From positions 320,001 to 384,000 of the forward strand of contig CAXXKM010000003.1 of the NCBI GenBank assembly GCA_963664435.2: a DNA stretch of 64,000 nt, in the 5' to 3' direction. The stretch is from Longimicrobiales bacterium. GTDB lineage: Bacteria; Gemmatimonadota; Gemmatimonadetes; Longimicrobiales; Gaopeijiaceae. The notes beneath the pieces were generated by a model that searched no databases, was not told the origin of the DNA, and saw only the letters and a list, made by a program, of their open reading frames with translations. The position numbers and the translations under genes are program-made. Each line of letters begins with the position of its first letter. Position 1 is the first letter of the stretch. Shown here piece by piece: positions 52,946 through 61,413 of the stretch.

Positions 52946-53941
52946 ATGTCCGCCAACGAGCAGATTGCCGGGTTCCTGGAGGCAGGTCCCACCTGCGCTC
53001 GCCTCGCGGCGGCGGTTGTCCTGGTCGCCGCAGGTTGGTTCGCCGTCCCCGTGGCGGCGAGCGCTCAGGGGCGAGACGGCTTCTATTTGCGGGGCGATTT
53101 CGGGGACTCGGATGCGTTGACCATGCGGGCCCGAATGGAGGGCATCGATGAGCCGACGCGTTGTGACCGGCTGTTGTATCCCGATCCGGCCACTGTCCCG
53201 CGCGACCCTGCATGCTCCGGATATGCACCCGGCGTGTTCGCGACGATGGAGTTCGATCGGGGAGCGGAGACCATGACCAGCGCAACCGCTCTCGCCCTGG
53301 GGTACTCCCGCGGCAGGCTCCGCGTGGAAGCGGAGCTGAGCAACACAGTGCTGGGCGCAACCTCGGCGCCGATGTCGGACGCCGGGCAGCTGGCGGAGGA
53401 GAGGGGGCAGGAGTGGAGCGCGGTCGAACAGCCTCAAGCCCGGATATCGGGGTTCAGCGTCAGCGACCTGTTCGTGAACGTGCTCCTCGACTTCAGCAAT
53501 TCGTCGCGCTTCACGCCGTTCCTGGGCGCCGGAGGCGGCATCTCCACCGTCATTCTCGCCTTCGAGGGTTTGCGGGTCCGGCGCACGCTCGCCGACGGGT
53601 TCGCTCCCACTGGGGGCGTCGCCCCCGCCATGGACACGGTTGTTCCTGCATGGCAGACGCGAGCGGCAGGCACGGCCGACCGCATGTCGCTCCCTATGGC
53701 TGAATCGACACTCGGAACCAACCTGATCGGCGGGCTGGCGTTCGAAGCGAACGACCGATTCAACATCGTGCTTCGGTGGCGTTATGCGCGTTACCGCGAT
53801 GTCCGCAAATCGGGAAAATGGGACCTGGTGCGAAGCCACGGGCCGGTGCTCGCAGATGGCAGGACCCCCGCGATCTTCGGTCTGGTGCTCAGCGACATCG
53901 CGTCCTACTCGGGCGCCATCTCGTTCGTGTACGGGCTCTGA
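52946..53941 (+). CDS. Outer-membrane beta-barrel (opacity/Msp4-like) protein
   Basis: Signal peptide, GFYLRG, LRVEAELS, FVNVLLDF..FTPFLGAGGG, aromatic near C-terminus. Confidence 0.75.
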   Translation: MSANEQIAGFLEAGPTCARLAAAVVLVAAGWFAVPVAASAQGRDGFYLRGDFGDSDALTMRARMEGIDEPTRCDRLLYPDPATVPRDPACSGYAPGVFATMEFDRGAETMTSATALALGYSRGRLRVEAELSNTVLGATSAPMSDAGQLAEERGQEWSAVEQPQARISGFSVSDLFVNVLLDFSNSSRFTPFLGAGGGISTVILAFEGLRVRRTLADGFAPTGGVAPAMDTVVPAWQTRAAGTADRMSLPMAESTLGTNLIGGLAFEANDRFNIVLRWRYARYRDVRKSGKWDLVRSHGPVLADGRTPAIFGLVLSDIASYSGAISFVYGL

Positions 53942-53991
53942 CCGGCTGCGTCGACAGACTCGGACCGACCACTCAAAGGAGGAAGTGCCAG

Positions 53992-54636
53992 ATGTCCGTC
54001 AACGAACAGATTTCCGGATTCCTGAAGGCAGGCCTGGAACGGGGCCTACCTCGAGGGCAACTCAAGGAGGTGCTTCTCGAGGCCGGTTGGCCTCAAGATC
54101 AGGTTCGACGCGCCCTGGGCGGTTTCGCCGACATCGCGTTTCCGATCCCCGTCCCCCGCCCCGCACCATACCTCTCCGCTCGTGAAGCCTTCGTCTACCT
54201 CGTTCTCTTCGGCACGCTGTACAGCAGCGCGGTCAGCCTGGGGAGCCTCATCTTCGCGTTCATCCATCAGGCGTTTCCCGATCCTTCCCTGGATCCGGCA
54301 GCCGCCCTGGCGTCGACGCGAGAGGAGATACGGTGGTCGATCTCCTTCCTCGTGGCGACCTTCCCCGTCTTCGCCTTCGTCTTCTGGACGAACGATCGAG
54401 CTGTCCGGAAAGACCCGGGTCGGCGGCTCTCACGGGTTCGGCAATCGCTGACGTACCTGTCGCTCTTCCTGGGTGCGGCCACCCTCATCGGCGTGGTCAC
54501 GAGCATCGTCTACAACCTCCTCGGCGGCGAATTGACGGTCCGGTTCGCCCTGAAGGTCGTCACTGTCGGAACGATCACCGGCTTGTTGTTCGGATACTTC
54601 CTCCGCGACGTGCGCAAGGAGCAGGTGGCAGAATGA
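53992..54636 (+). CDS. Membrane protein, DUF5671-like
   Basis: AGW..V.RAL..PVPRP.PYLSAREAF.YL, four TM helices, GELTVRF.LKV. Confidence 0.75.
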   Translation: MSVNEQISGFLKAGLERGLPRGQLKEVLLEAGWPQDQVRRALGGFADIAFPIPVPRPAPYLSAREAFVYLVLFGTLYSSAVSLGSLIFAFIHQAFPDPSLDPAAALASTREEIRWSISFLVATFPVFAFVFWTNDRAVRKDPGRRLSRVRQSLTYLSLFLGAATLIGVVTSIVYNLLGGELTVRFALKVVTVGTITGLLFGYFLRDVRKEQVAE

Positions 54637-55136
54637 AACTCTCGCCGCAACACATCGCGTTGGCAGCCTCGGGAGCGGCCGTTGTCGCGGCGGTGGCGTT
54701 CGGGCTCGTACTCCTGGGACCTCCCGCGCAGGAGCGCGAGCGCCGCATCGACGACCGGCGCGTGGCGGACCTGCACGGAATCGCGGCAGCCACGAATCTC
54801 TACTGGTCTCGACATTCGCGGCTGCCGGCGTCCCTGGACGATCTGACGGCCGCACCCGGCTTGAGGATCAACACCCGCGATCCCGCAAGCTCGGAGACCT
54901 ACGAGTACCAGGCGCTCGACAGCTTGCGCTACGAGGTGTGCGCAACCTTCGATGGGGAGTCCCTTTCGGTGCCCGGAGAGGCGACCACAATCCCTCCCGC
55001 CGTTCAGATGAGCTGCCAGGGGTGCCATGCAGCAGCCAGGATCCGGGTCGACGATCCAGTCACTCGGCAGTTCAAGCCTCGGGACCTGTGGACACACGGT
55101 ACCGGACGGCAGTGCTTCCAGCTGCAGGCGCGGTGA
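54633..55136 (+). CDS. Pilin-like membrane-anchored hypothetical protein with CxxCH
   Basis: TM, P..R..R.D.RR..DL, LPASL, DP....YEY..YEVCATF, H..G.QCF; CQGCH. Confidence 0.7.
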   Translation: MKLSPQHIALAASGAAVVAAVAFGLVLLGPPAQERERRIDDRRVADLHGIAAATNLYWSRHSRLPASLDDLTAAPGLRINTRDPASSETYEYQALDSLRYEVCATFDGESLSVPGEATTIPPAVQMSCQGCHAAARIRVDDPVTRQFKPRDLWTHGTGRQCFQLQAR

Positions 55137-55229
55137 AGGCCCAGCTGGCCGGCATGGCCTGGTTCACTGAACTCGGAACCCTTCGCGGCGGGCCGGTGGC
55201 AGGCATCCGGGGCCGCCCCTGCCCGCCGC

Positions 55230-55913
55230 CTACGCCGCCTGCTCGTCGGCGCTGGCCTCCCGCAGCGCATCCGCCATGATCCCGCACGCCGACCCGATCA
55301 CCCCGATCCCGGCGAACATCGCCACGGTCGCCAGCATTCTACCGCCGGCCGTCACGGGCTGGATGTCGCCGTACCCCACCGTCGTCAGCGTGACCACCGC
55401 CCACCACAGGCCGTCGTACACCGATCCGAAGACCTCCGGCTGCACCTCGCGCTCGAGGTGGTACATGCCGAACCCGGCCGTGAACACCACGATGCTCGTG
55501 CCCGCAAACAGCGCACCGGCCTCATCCATGGCGTGCCGGAACGCCCTCGCGAGCTTGACCACGGCGTTGGTATGGGTGGCCAGCTTCGCCGTCGAGACGA
55601 AGATGCGAAACAGGCGAAAGGCACGAAGCGCCTTCAGATCGAATCCCGTGAACGCCCAGAGCGGCAGGATCGCGAGGAAATCCACGACCCCCATGAAGCT
55701 GAACGCGTACTTCTTCCAGTCCTCCGCGCGCCGGATGCGAACGCACCACTCGACCGTGTAGAGCGACCAGACGCCCACACCGGCCCAGAAGAAAAACGTC
55801 TCCGCACCGGCCATGGCGTCCGCCGTCTCCGCGGTCTGGAGCACCAGATCCACGAAAATGACGACGATCACCGCAAGTTCGATTCGTTCCGGGAGTGGAG
55901 AGGGTTGTCGCAT
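55230..55913 (-). CDS. Voltage-gated potassium channel (ion transporter)
   Basis: TTVGYGD filter, LRAFRLFR S4 helix. Confidence 0.92.
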   Translation of the reverse strand: MRQPSPLPERIELAVIVVIFVDLVLQTAETADAMAGAETFFFWAGVGVWSLYTVEWCVRIRRAEDWKKYAFSFMGVVDFLAILPLWAFTGFDLKALRAFRLFRIFVSTAKLATHTNAVVKLARAFRHAMDEAGALFAGTSIVVFTAGFGMYHLEREVQPEVFGSVYDGLWWAVVTLTTVGYGDIQPVTAGGRMLATVAMFAGIGVIGSACGIMADALREASADEQAA

Positions 55914-56083
55914 TGGGGGTCTCCTGCGGGGTGGGTGGGGGTCGGGGGGTCGGGTGGAGGTTGCTGGTGGGGTGGTGGCGGGGACAAGGGAGGGAGTGGT
56001 GCACGCGAACAGCGCTCGGACCCGCTGATGGTCTGCTGAGCCCGAGGTATTAGCTTCCGGCGACTTGTGTTCGCCGATGAGTG

Positions 56084-56266
56084 AGCCAACACCTTTAGGC
56101 GAATGGCTACGCCAAGGTGTACCAACGACACCGGAAGAACCAGAAGACCAGAGCCGCCGCGGATATCGCCTTCGAGATGGAGGCCCTTGGCGAGGCTGGA
56201 GTCACCGCGGAGATCCGCGCCGTGCTGCAAGAGGTCGTTTGCCTCGCGAGAGCTGGCTCGCAATGA
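56084..56266 (+). pseudogene. C-terminal remnant of OLD/YbjD-family nuclease
   Basis: QHL*ANGY..KTRAAADIAFEMEALGEAGVTAEIRAVLQEVVCLARAG; stop overlaps helicase ATG (ATGA). Confidence 0.55.
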
Positions 56267-58131
56267 TCACCTTCGAGAATCTCAACGAGAATCAGCGCCG
56301 CGCCGTGGAGTGGAACGACGGACCGCTTCTCGTGCTCGCCGGACCGGGTTCGGGCAAGACTGGGGTCCTGACCCTACGGGTGGCTCGGCTGCTCGAAGAG
56401 GATGAGGATGCGGCGGCCTTGGCCCTTACCTTCACCACCAAGGCCGCCGCGGAAATGCGTGAGCGGGTGGACCAGCTCCTGGGCGAGCGCAGCGACCGAG
56501 CCCAGCTGTGCACCTTCCACTCCTTTGCGGCCGATGTTCTCGGACAGCACGGAAGCCATTTGGGAATCCGGCCCAACTTTCATCCGCTGACTCGGGACGA
56601 AGATCGGATTGCCATCCTCGAAGAGGTCATCAAAGACCTGCCGGGTGGTGGGTGGGAACTGCCACCGGATCGGAACAACGTCCTCAAACTCATTGATCGG
56701 CTATTCTCGGAATCGTACCCGGGCACAGGCGAGTCCGTCTCGCTGACCAACACTCCCGCATGGCTCCCACGACTCTTTCGACGCTACTGCGGCGCTCTGG
56801 TTCAGGCCAACCGGCTCGACTTCGGGAGCCTGCTCTACTTCGCAACCCGGCTCCTCAGAGCAAAGCCGGCCGTGGCGCGCGTGGTTCGCCTGGGTTGGAC
56901 GCACATCTGTGTCGACGAATTCCAAGACACCAACATGGCACAGTACGATCTTCTGCGACTCGTCGCGCCCGCCAGCGACCACAATCTGTTCGTCGTCGCG
57001 GATGACGACCAGATCATCTACCAATGGAACGGTGCTAGTCCAAAGCGCTTTCGAGACCTTCGCCGGGACTACGATCTGAAGGGCATTCAGCTACCGGAGA
57101 GCTACCGCTGCCCGGCTGCGATTATCGCACTCGCGAACCGCCTGATTTCACACAACAAACAGCGATTCAGCGCCAAGAAGGCCCTTTCAGTACATGATCC
57201 GGGAAGTCCTTACGGTGGAGCCGTGCGATTTGCCGATTTCCCGTCACCCGGGAGGGAGGCGGCGTTCGTGGCAAAGGACATTAGGGAACGCGGACTTCGG
57301 CCCTCTGAATGTGTTGTCCTCGGCCGAACCAACCAGCTGATACGAGGTGCCGCGGACACCCTCGAGAGAGCAGGGCTCGAAGCGTATTTGCCTCGCAAGA
57401 AGAGCGAGTTCGATTCGCCCGTCCTGGCAGTTCTCGTGGAGGCACTACGGTTGGCCAATTCCCGGCATGACCGGGTCATCCTCCGCAGGATTTGCCTGGC
57501 ATGGGAAGGGCTGACTGGCGTGGCCATCGACCCGAGTGGCGTCCGGGCCGCGGCGGCACTCGTGGGAGGTGACTTCCTGCGGGCCTGGGTTGACGTAGCG
57601 GCTGCCGCCAGCGGTACCAAAGGAGCGCTCAAGCAAATCCGGACCGATCTCGTGGATCGGCTGATGTTCCCGGAGATTGTCGATACCTTCCTCGACCAGG
57701 GATGGCGATCATGGAACGGGGCCGACCGCGCCGAATTGACCGACGAGGAAGTCACAACCTGGAAGGCCCTGCACCACGACATCATCACCGAGTACGGGGC
57801 GCGTGTGCCTTTGAATACCTACCTGCAGCAATTGGATCTGTCGTCAAAGACTCCGGCACCTGGACCGAACGCACTTCGGTGCATGACGGTACACGCCGCC
57901 AAGGGCCTCGAATTCAAGCATGTCTACCTGATCGGCATGGCCCAGGAGGTGTTTCCGTTCTATCGGGCCCTGAAGAAGGGAGCGACCAGCCAGGAAGTGG
58001 AGGAGGAACGAAGAAGTTGCTTCGTGGCAATCACGCGCGCGCGCAAGACGTTAACCATGACGAGATCAAGGACGTACTACGGCTACATGAAGGAGGCGTC
58101 TCAGTTCTTGCGGGAGATGGGCGGCGGGTAG
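56263..58131 (+). CDS. UvrD/REP-family SF1 helicase
   Basis: AGPGSGKT, TFHS, VDEFQD, DDDQIIY, YRC, TVHAAKGLEF, FVAITRAR. Confidence 0.95.
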   Translation: MITFENLNENQRRAVEWNDGPLLVLAGPGSGKTGVLTLRVARLLEEDEDAAALALTFTTKAAAEMRERVDQLLGERSDRAQLCTFHSFAADVLGQHGSHLGIRPNFHPLTRDEDRIAILEEVIKDLPGGGWELPPDRNNVLKLIDRLFSESYPGTGESVSLTNTPAWLPRLFRRYCGALVQANRLDFGSLLYFATRLLRAKPAVARVVRLGWTHICVDEFQDTNMAQYDLLRLVAPASDHNLFVVADDDQIIYQWNGASPKRFRDLRRDYDLKGIQLPESYRCPAAIIALANRLISHNKQRFSAKKALSVHDPGSPYGGAVRFADFPSPGREAAFVAKDIRERGLRPSECVVLGRTNQLIRGAADTLERAGLEAYLPRKKSEFDSPVLAVLVEALRLANSRHDRVILRRICLAWEGLTGVAIDPSGVRAAAALVGGDFLRAWVDVAAAASGTKGALKQIRTDLVDRLMFPEIVDTFLDQGWRSWNGADRAELTDEEVTTWKALHHDIITEYGARVPLNTYLQQLDLSSKTPAPGPNALRCMTVHAAKGLEFKHVYLIGMAQEVFPFYRALKKGATSQEVEEERRSCFVAITRARKTLTMTRSRTYYGYMKEASQFLREMGGG

Positions 58132-58208
58132 AGAAACCGGCGTTGCGGTTCTTGTCGGAGACGGTACCCGAGCGATAGCGTTCCTCTCCCCCGAACAGGA
58201 ACCAGCCC

Positions 58209-58805
58209 ATGCCGCCGCGATACTCGAAACCTCCCGGCACCACCTACCAACTCCGAGTCGCTCTCAAGGGGACCCGGCCCCCGATCTGGCGCCGCTTCCT
58301 CGTCTCGCCATCGATGAAGCTCTCCCGGCTGCACGATGTCCTTCAGGCCGTCATGGGCTGGTACGACAGTCACCTCCACATGTTCATCAAGGGCCGGCGG
58401 CGGTTCATGCTTCCCAACCCATGGATGGATGACATGAGCCGGTCCAGCGAGCCCCGGTTCCTCGACGAGCGCAAGTACCGGGTCGATCAGCTCCTGAAGC
58501 GGGAGAAGGACTGGATCGAGTATCAATACGACTTCGGCGACAGCTGGTACCACCGGATCACGCTGCAGAAGATCCTGCTTCGCGATCCCGCGGTACGGTT
58601 GCCGGTATGCGTCTCCGGGAAGCGCTCCTGTCCACCCGAGGACTGCGGTGGAGTCTGGCGCTTCTACGAGATGCTGGCCATTCTCGCGGACCCGGACCAC
58701 GAGGAATACGAGGAGATGGCGGAGTGGCTGGACCCGGACTTCGACCCGGAGGCGTTCAGCGTCAAAGACGTCAACGAGACGCTCCGGGCGGTGTTCGGCC
58801 GATGA
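58209..58805 (+). CDS. Plasmid pRiA4b ORF-3 family protein
   Basis: PPIWRR, LH..Q..MGW.D.HLH.F, YDFGDSW.H, PPEDCGG. Confidence 0.92.
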   Translation: MPPRYSKPPGTTYQLRVALKGTRPPIWRRFLVSPSMKLSRLHDVLQAVMGWYDSHLHMFIKGRRRFMLPNPWMDDMSRSSEPRFLDERKYRVDQLLKREKDWIEYQYDFGDSWYHRITLQKILLRDPAVRLPVCVSGKRSCPPEDCGGVWRFYEMLAILADPDHEEYEEMAEWLDPDFDPEAFSVKDVNETLRAVFGR

Positions 58806-58857
58806 CCGGATCCGCCTCCTGGTGCTGCCAGCCAACCCGCGCGACGGTGCCTGGTAC

Positions 58858-59931
58858 CTAGCGCGTCGTTCCCTCGCGGTAGGCATCGGTCAGGGCAGCG
58901 AGCAGCTCATCGGTGATGGCCGTGGCGGAACTCCCCTTCCCGATCTTGTCTCCGTTGATCTTTTCGACCTTGGCGATCGAGTGCGGCGCCCGCCTCTCGA
59001 ATACGGAACGCCAGAGCGACACGTACGGCTTGCCGTTGTCATTCCAGATCGTCACGAGGCCGGCCTTCTCCGTGGTGAACCTGGGGAGAAGCGTGAACCT
59101 GTTGCCCTTGACGCCCCGGTAGGTATACAGACGTACGCCCGGCAGGTCTGCCAAGCCGTCCGCCCACTGCAGGAGGAGGCGGAACACCTTCCGGTCCTCG
59201 TCTTCCACATTGGCCAAAGAAGCCCTGAAGGCGTCGGTGCCATCCGAGAGGACACCCTGTGCAGTTCCGCGCGGCTTCATCGGCGAGTCGGCGGCGCTCG
59301 CATCCAAGCCGAGCGAAACCCTCTGGGGCAGCGCGATTTCAGCACCACCCATCGCAAACCGCGAAACAGTGATCAGGTCAATCGTGATGGCTCGTCTCGT
59401 CACTGCATCCAGGTAGGCGACAATGCGCTCGAGTTCAACCGAGGTGTCGTCCAGCAGGAGCACGAGTCGAAATGCCCCGTTGGACAGGTAGTCCTGCATG
59501 GTCTCGACAAACGCATCCGCGTCTACTTCGCTCTGCTGATCCTGGGCCTGAACGGCTTCCAGAATCGACCCGTGACCCTGCTTCTGGAGGAATCCGCGCA
59601 ACGGCCCCCGCTCCAGTTCCTCCACCCTCGATCCCCGGAGCCATGCCGCGTAGGAGAGCGCCTGAGCCACGATCGCTCGCTTGGCTTCAGCGTTCCTGGC
59701 GAGCTTGACTTCGATGATGACGGGCCGTCCCGTCGTCTCCACGGCCAGCAGGTCTGCCCACCCGGAACCCAGAGAAACCTCGCTCCCGATGACGACAAGG
59801 TTCGGAGAACCCGCCAGCGGAAGCATGTGGATGTTCTCCTCAGCGAGTTCGTGCAGGTCCTTCTCCAACCCGAACTTCTGTGACGCAGCCGTCTTCCAGC
59901 CGTCCTTGCTCTTGACCCAGATTCCGCTCAT
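58858..59931 (-). CDS. PD-(D/E)XK nuclease, NucS/EndoMS-like N-terminal domain
   Basis: LEKDLH, EV...G.ADLLAV..GRPVIIEVKL, QALSYA. Confidence 0.8.
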   Translation of the reverse strand: MSGIWVKSKDGWKTAASQKFGLEKDLHELAEENIHMLPLAGSPNLVVIGSEVSLGSGWADLLAVETTGRPVIIEVKLARNAEAKRAIVAQALSYAAWLRGSRVEELERGPLRGFLQKQGHGSILEAVQAQDQQSEVDADAFVETMQDYLSNGAFRLVLLLDDTSVELERIVAYLDAVTRRAITIDLITVSRFAMGGAEIALPQRVSLGLDASAADSPMKPRGTAQGVLSDGTDAFRASLANVEDEDRKVFRLLLQWADGLADLPGVRLYTYRGVKGNRFTLLPRFTTEKAGLVTIWNDNGKPYVSLWRSVFERRAPHSIAKVEKINGDKIGKGSSATAITDELLAALTDAYREGTTR

Positions 59932-60134
59932 GTGGTGGTTTCCCCTACCTCGATCTCGCGGATTGCCATGCCAGCGGCATTCTCGACTGCCACTTCCATG
60001 TACTCGCGGACCGCATCCGCGATGGTCGCCAGAGCTTCCTCTTCCGTCGTCGCCTGGGAGGCACAACCCGGAAGGCCTGGAACCCAGACGGAGAATCCCT
60101 CTTCAGATTCTTCAAGCGCTACCCGGTATTTCAT
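59928..60134 (-). CDS. hicB: Short HicB-family antitoxin
   Basis: MKYRVALEESEEGFSVWVPGLPGCASQ..EEAL..I.DA. Confidence 0.9.
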   Translation of the reverse strand: MKYRVALEESEEGFSVWVPGLPGCASQATTEEEALATIADAVREYMEVAVENAAGMAIREIEVGETTT

Positions 60135-60234
60135 CGTCCACATCCAGGGTCATCCAGATCCAAAGCCGTCAAAGTACCGTTCAATTTAGCGTTTCGGGCG
60201 ACGAGGAGATCGAGACGTAGCTGCTGCCAGTGGG

Positions 60235-60936
60235 TCACACCAGCTCTCCCCGGTCGCCCCACCGTTTCTCGAACTCACGAAGTCGTCGCCGGGTTTCTGC
60301 GTCCGGGTTGATGATGAAGAACGTCCGGTTGCTCACTCGACGCCAGTAGTAGGCCAGTGTGTCGCCCGGGAGCTGGTCCTTCCACCAAAGGATTTCGTTG
60401 CGATGGCCACCCGGGCGTCTGGTGTTGTGGTGGTAGACCACGGCGGTTCGTCCCTCCGCGAGTGCCATCGCCTCCGCGAGTGGAATTCGCTTCGCATTCT
60501 CCTTTCTCGTGGGCCTGAAACGGTCGTCGGACACGAGGCCGTTATCGGGGTCGGCGAAGACGAGATCGCAGCCGGCAAGCTGCCGCTTGACCCGGCTGAA
60601 CCACCGGTTCCGCCAGTGCTCGCGATCCTGGACCTTGATCTCGGCCACCAGAAGGCGGTCGGCGGCAAAGACCGCATCGCCAAGAACGCCGGACTCCTGG
60701 ATGTCCGCGACTGACCGCCGGTCGCCGATCAGCTTCATCAGGGTGTCGAACAACTCTGCGTCAAGGTGCCGCCACTCGTCCGGATCCTGGAGGTACGCGA
60801 TGTGCTTGCCATCCCCCGCGGGTCCAACGTTGGGGTGCAGGTACCAAGCGACACCGAGACGCCTGGTCCCGCGGATCGCCCGCAGAAGTCCGTACTTGAC
60901 AAAGTCTCCGATATCTCCGGCGTACCGATCCTGCAT
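60235..60936 (-). CDS. Conserved hypothetical protein
   Basis: MQDRYAGDIGDFVKYGLLR, GDGKH, LVFADPDNGL; AGGAGAG RBS. Confidence 0.75.
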   Translation of the reverse strand: MQDRYAGDIGDFVKYGLLRAIRGTRRLGVAWYLHPNVGPAGDGKHIAYLQDPDEWRHLDAELFDTLMKLIGDRRSVADIQESGVLGDAVFAADRLLVAEIKVQDREHWRNRWFSRVKRQLAGCDLVFADPDNGLVSDDRFRPTRKENAKRIPLAEAMALAEGRTAVVYHHNTRRPGGHRNEILWWKDQLPGDTLAYYWRRVSNRTFFIINPDAETRRRLREFEKRWGDRGELV

Positions 60937-60974
60937 GTGGTCGCTCTCCTGTCCGGGGGCGAGAGTGCTGCACT

Positions 60975-61290
60975 CGGCTTGCCGCCGGTCGTGTGCTGCC
61001 GTGGCACGAGGCCGAGCCAGGCCGAGAAGTCGCGCCCGCGCCAAAAGCTCTCCATCGGCGGTGCCAAGGCCTGCAGCGTCATCGCCGTAATCGGCCCGAT
61101 TCCCGGAATCGTCATCAGGCGCGCCGTCTCTTCGCACTCCCGCGCGCTCGCCTGGAGCTTCCGGTCGACTCCAGCGATCTTCTCATCGAGTTCATCGACT
61201 CGCGCGAGCAGCAGCCAGCCCAGCTCGACGACCGTCTCCGGCAAGCCCGAGTCCCCGTACTCCAGTACCATCTTGGCACATTGCGATGCC
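60975..61290 (-). pseudogene. IS110-family transposase internal fragment
   Basis: LMTIPGIGPITA..F..GRDFSAWLGLVPRQHTTGGK; no DEDD N-terminal domain. Confidence 0.88.
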
Positions 61291-61413
61291 GTCGGGAGGG
61301 GCGTCCACTCCATCGATAGAAGACTGGGAAGGCGTCACGGTTGATGCGACCGGCCGGGTGCGGTCGCCTAATTCCCGCAAGTGGACTGCTAGCCGGACGC
61401 GATCCGCCCGGCC

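Noticed and set aside
60975..61290. Active IS110 bridge-recombinase element
   Set aside because: Only an internal fragment; catalytic N-terminal domain and ends absent
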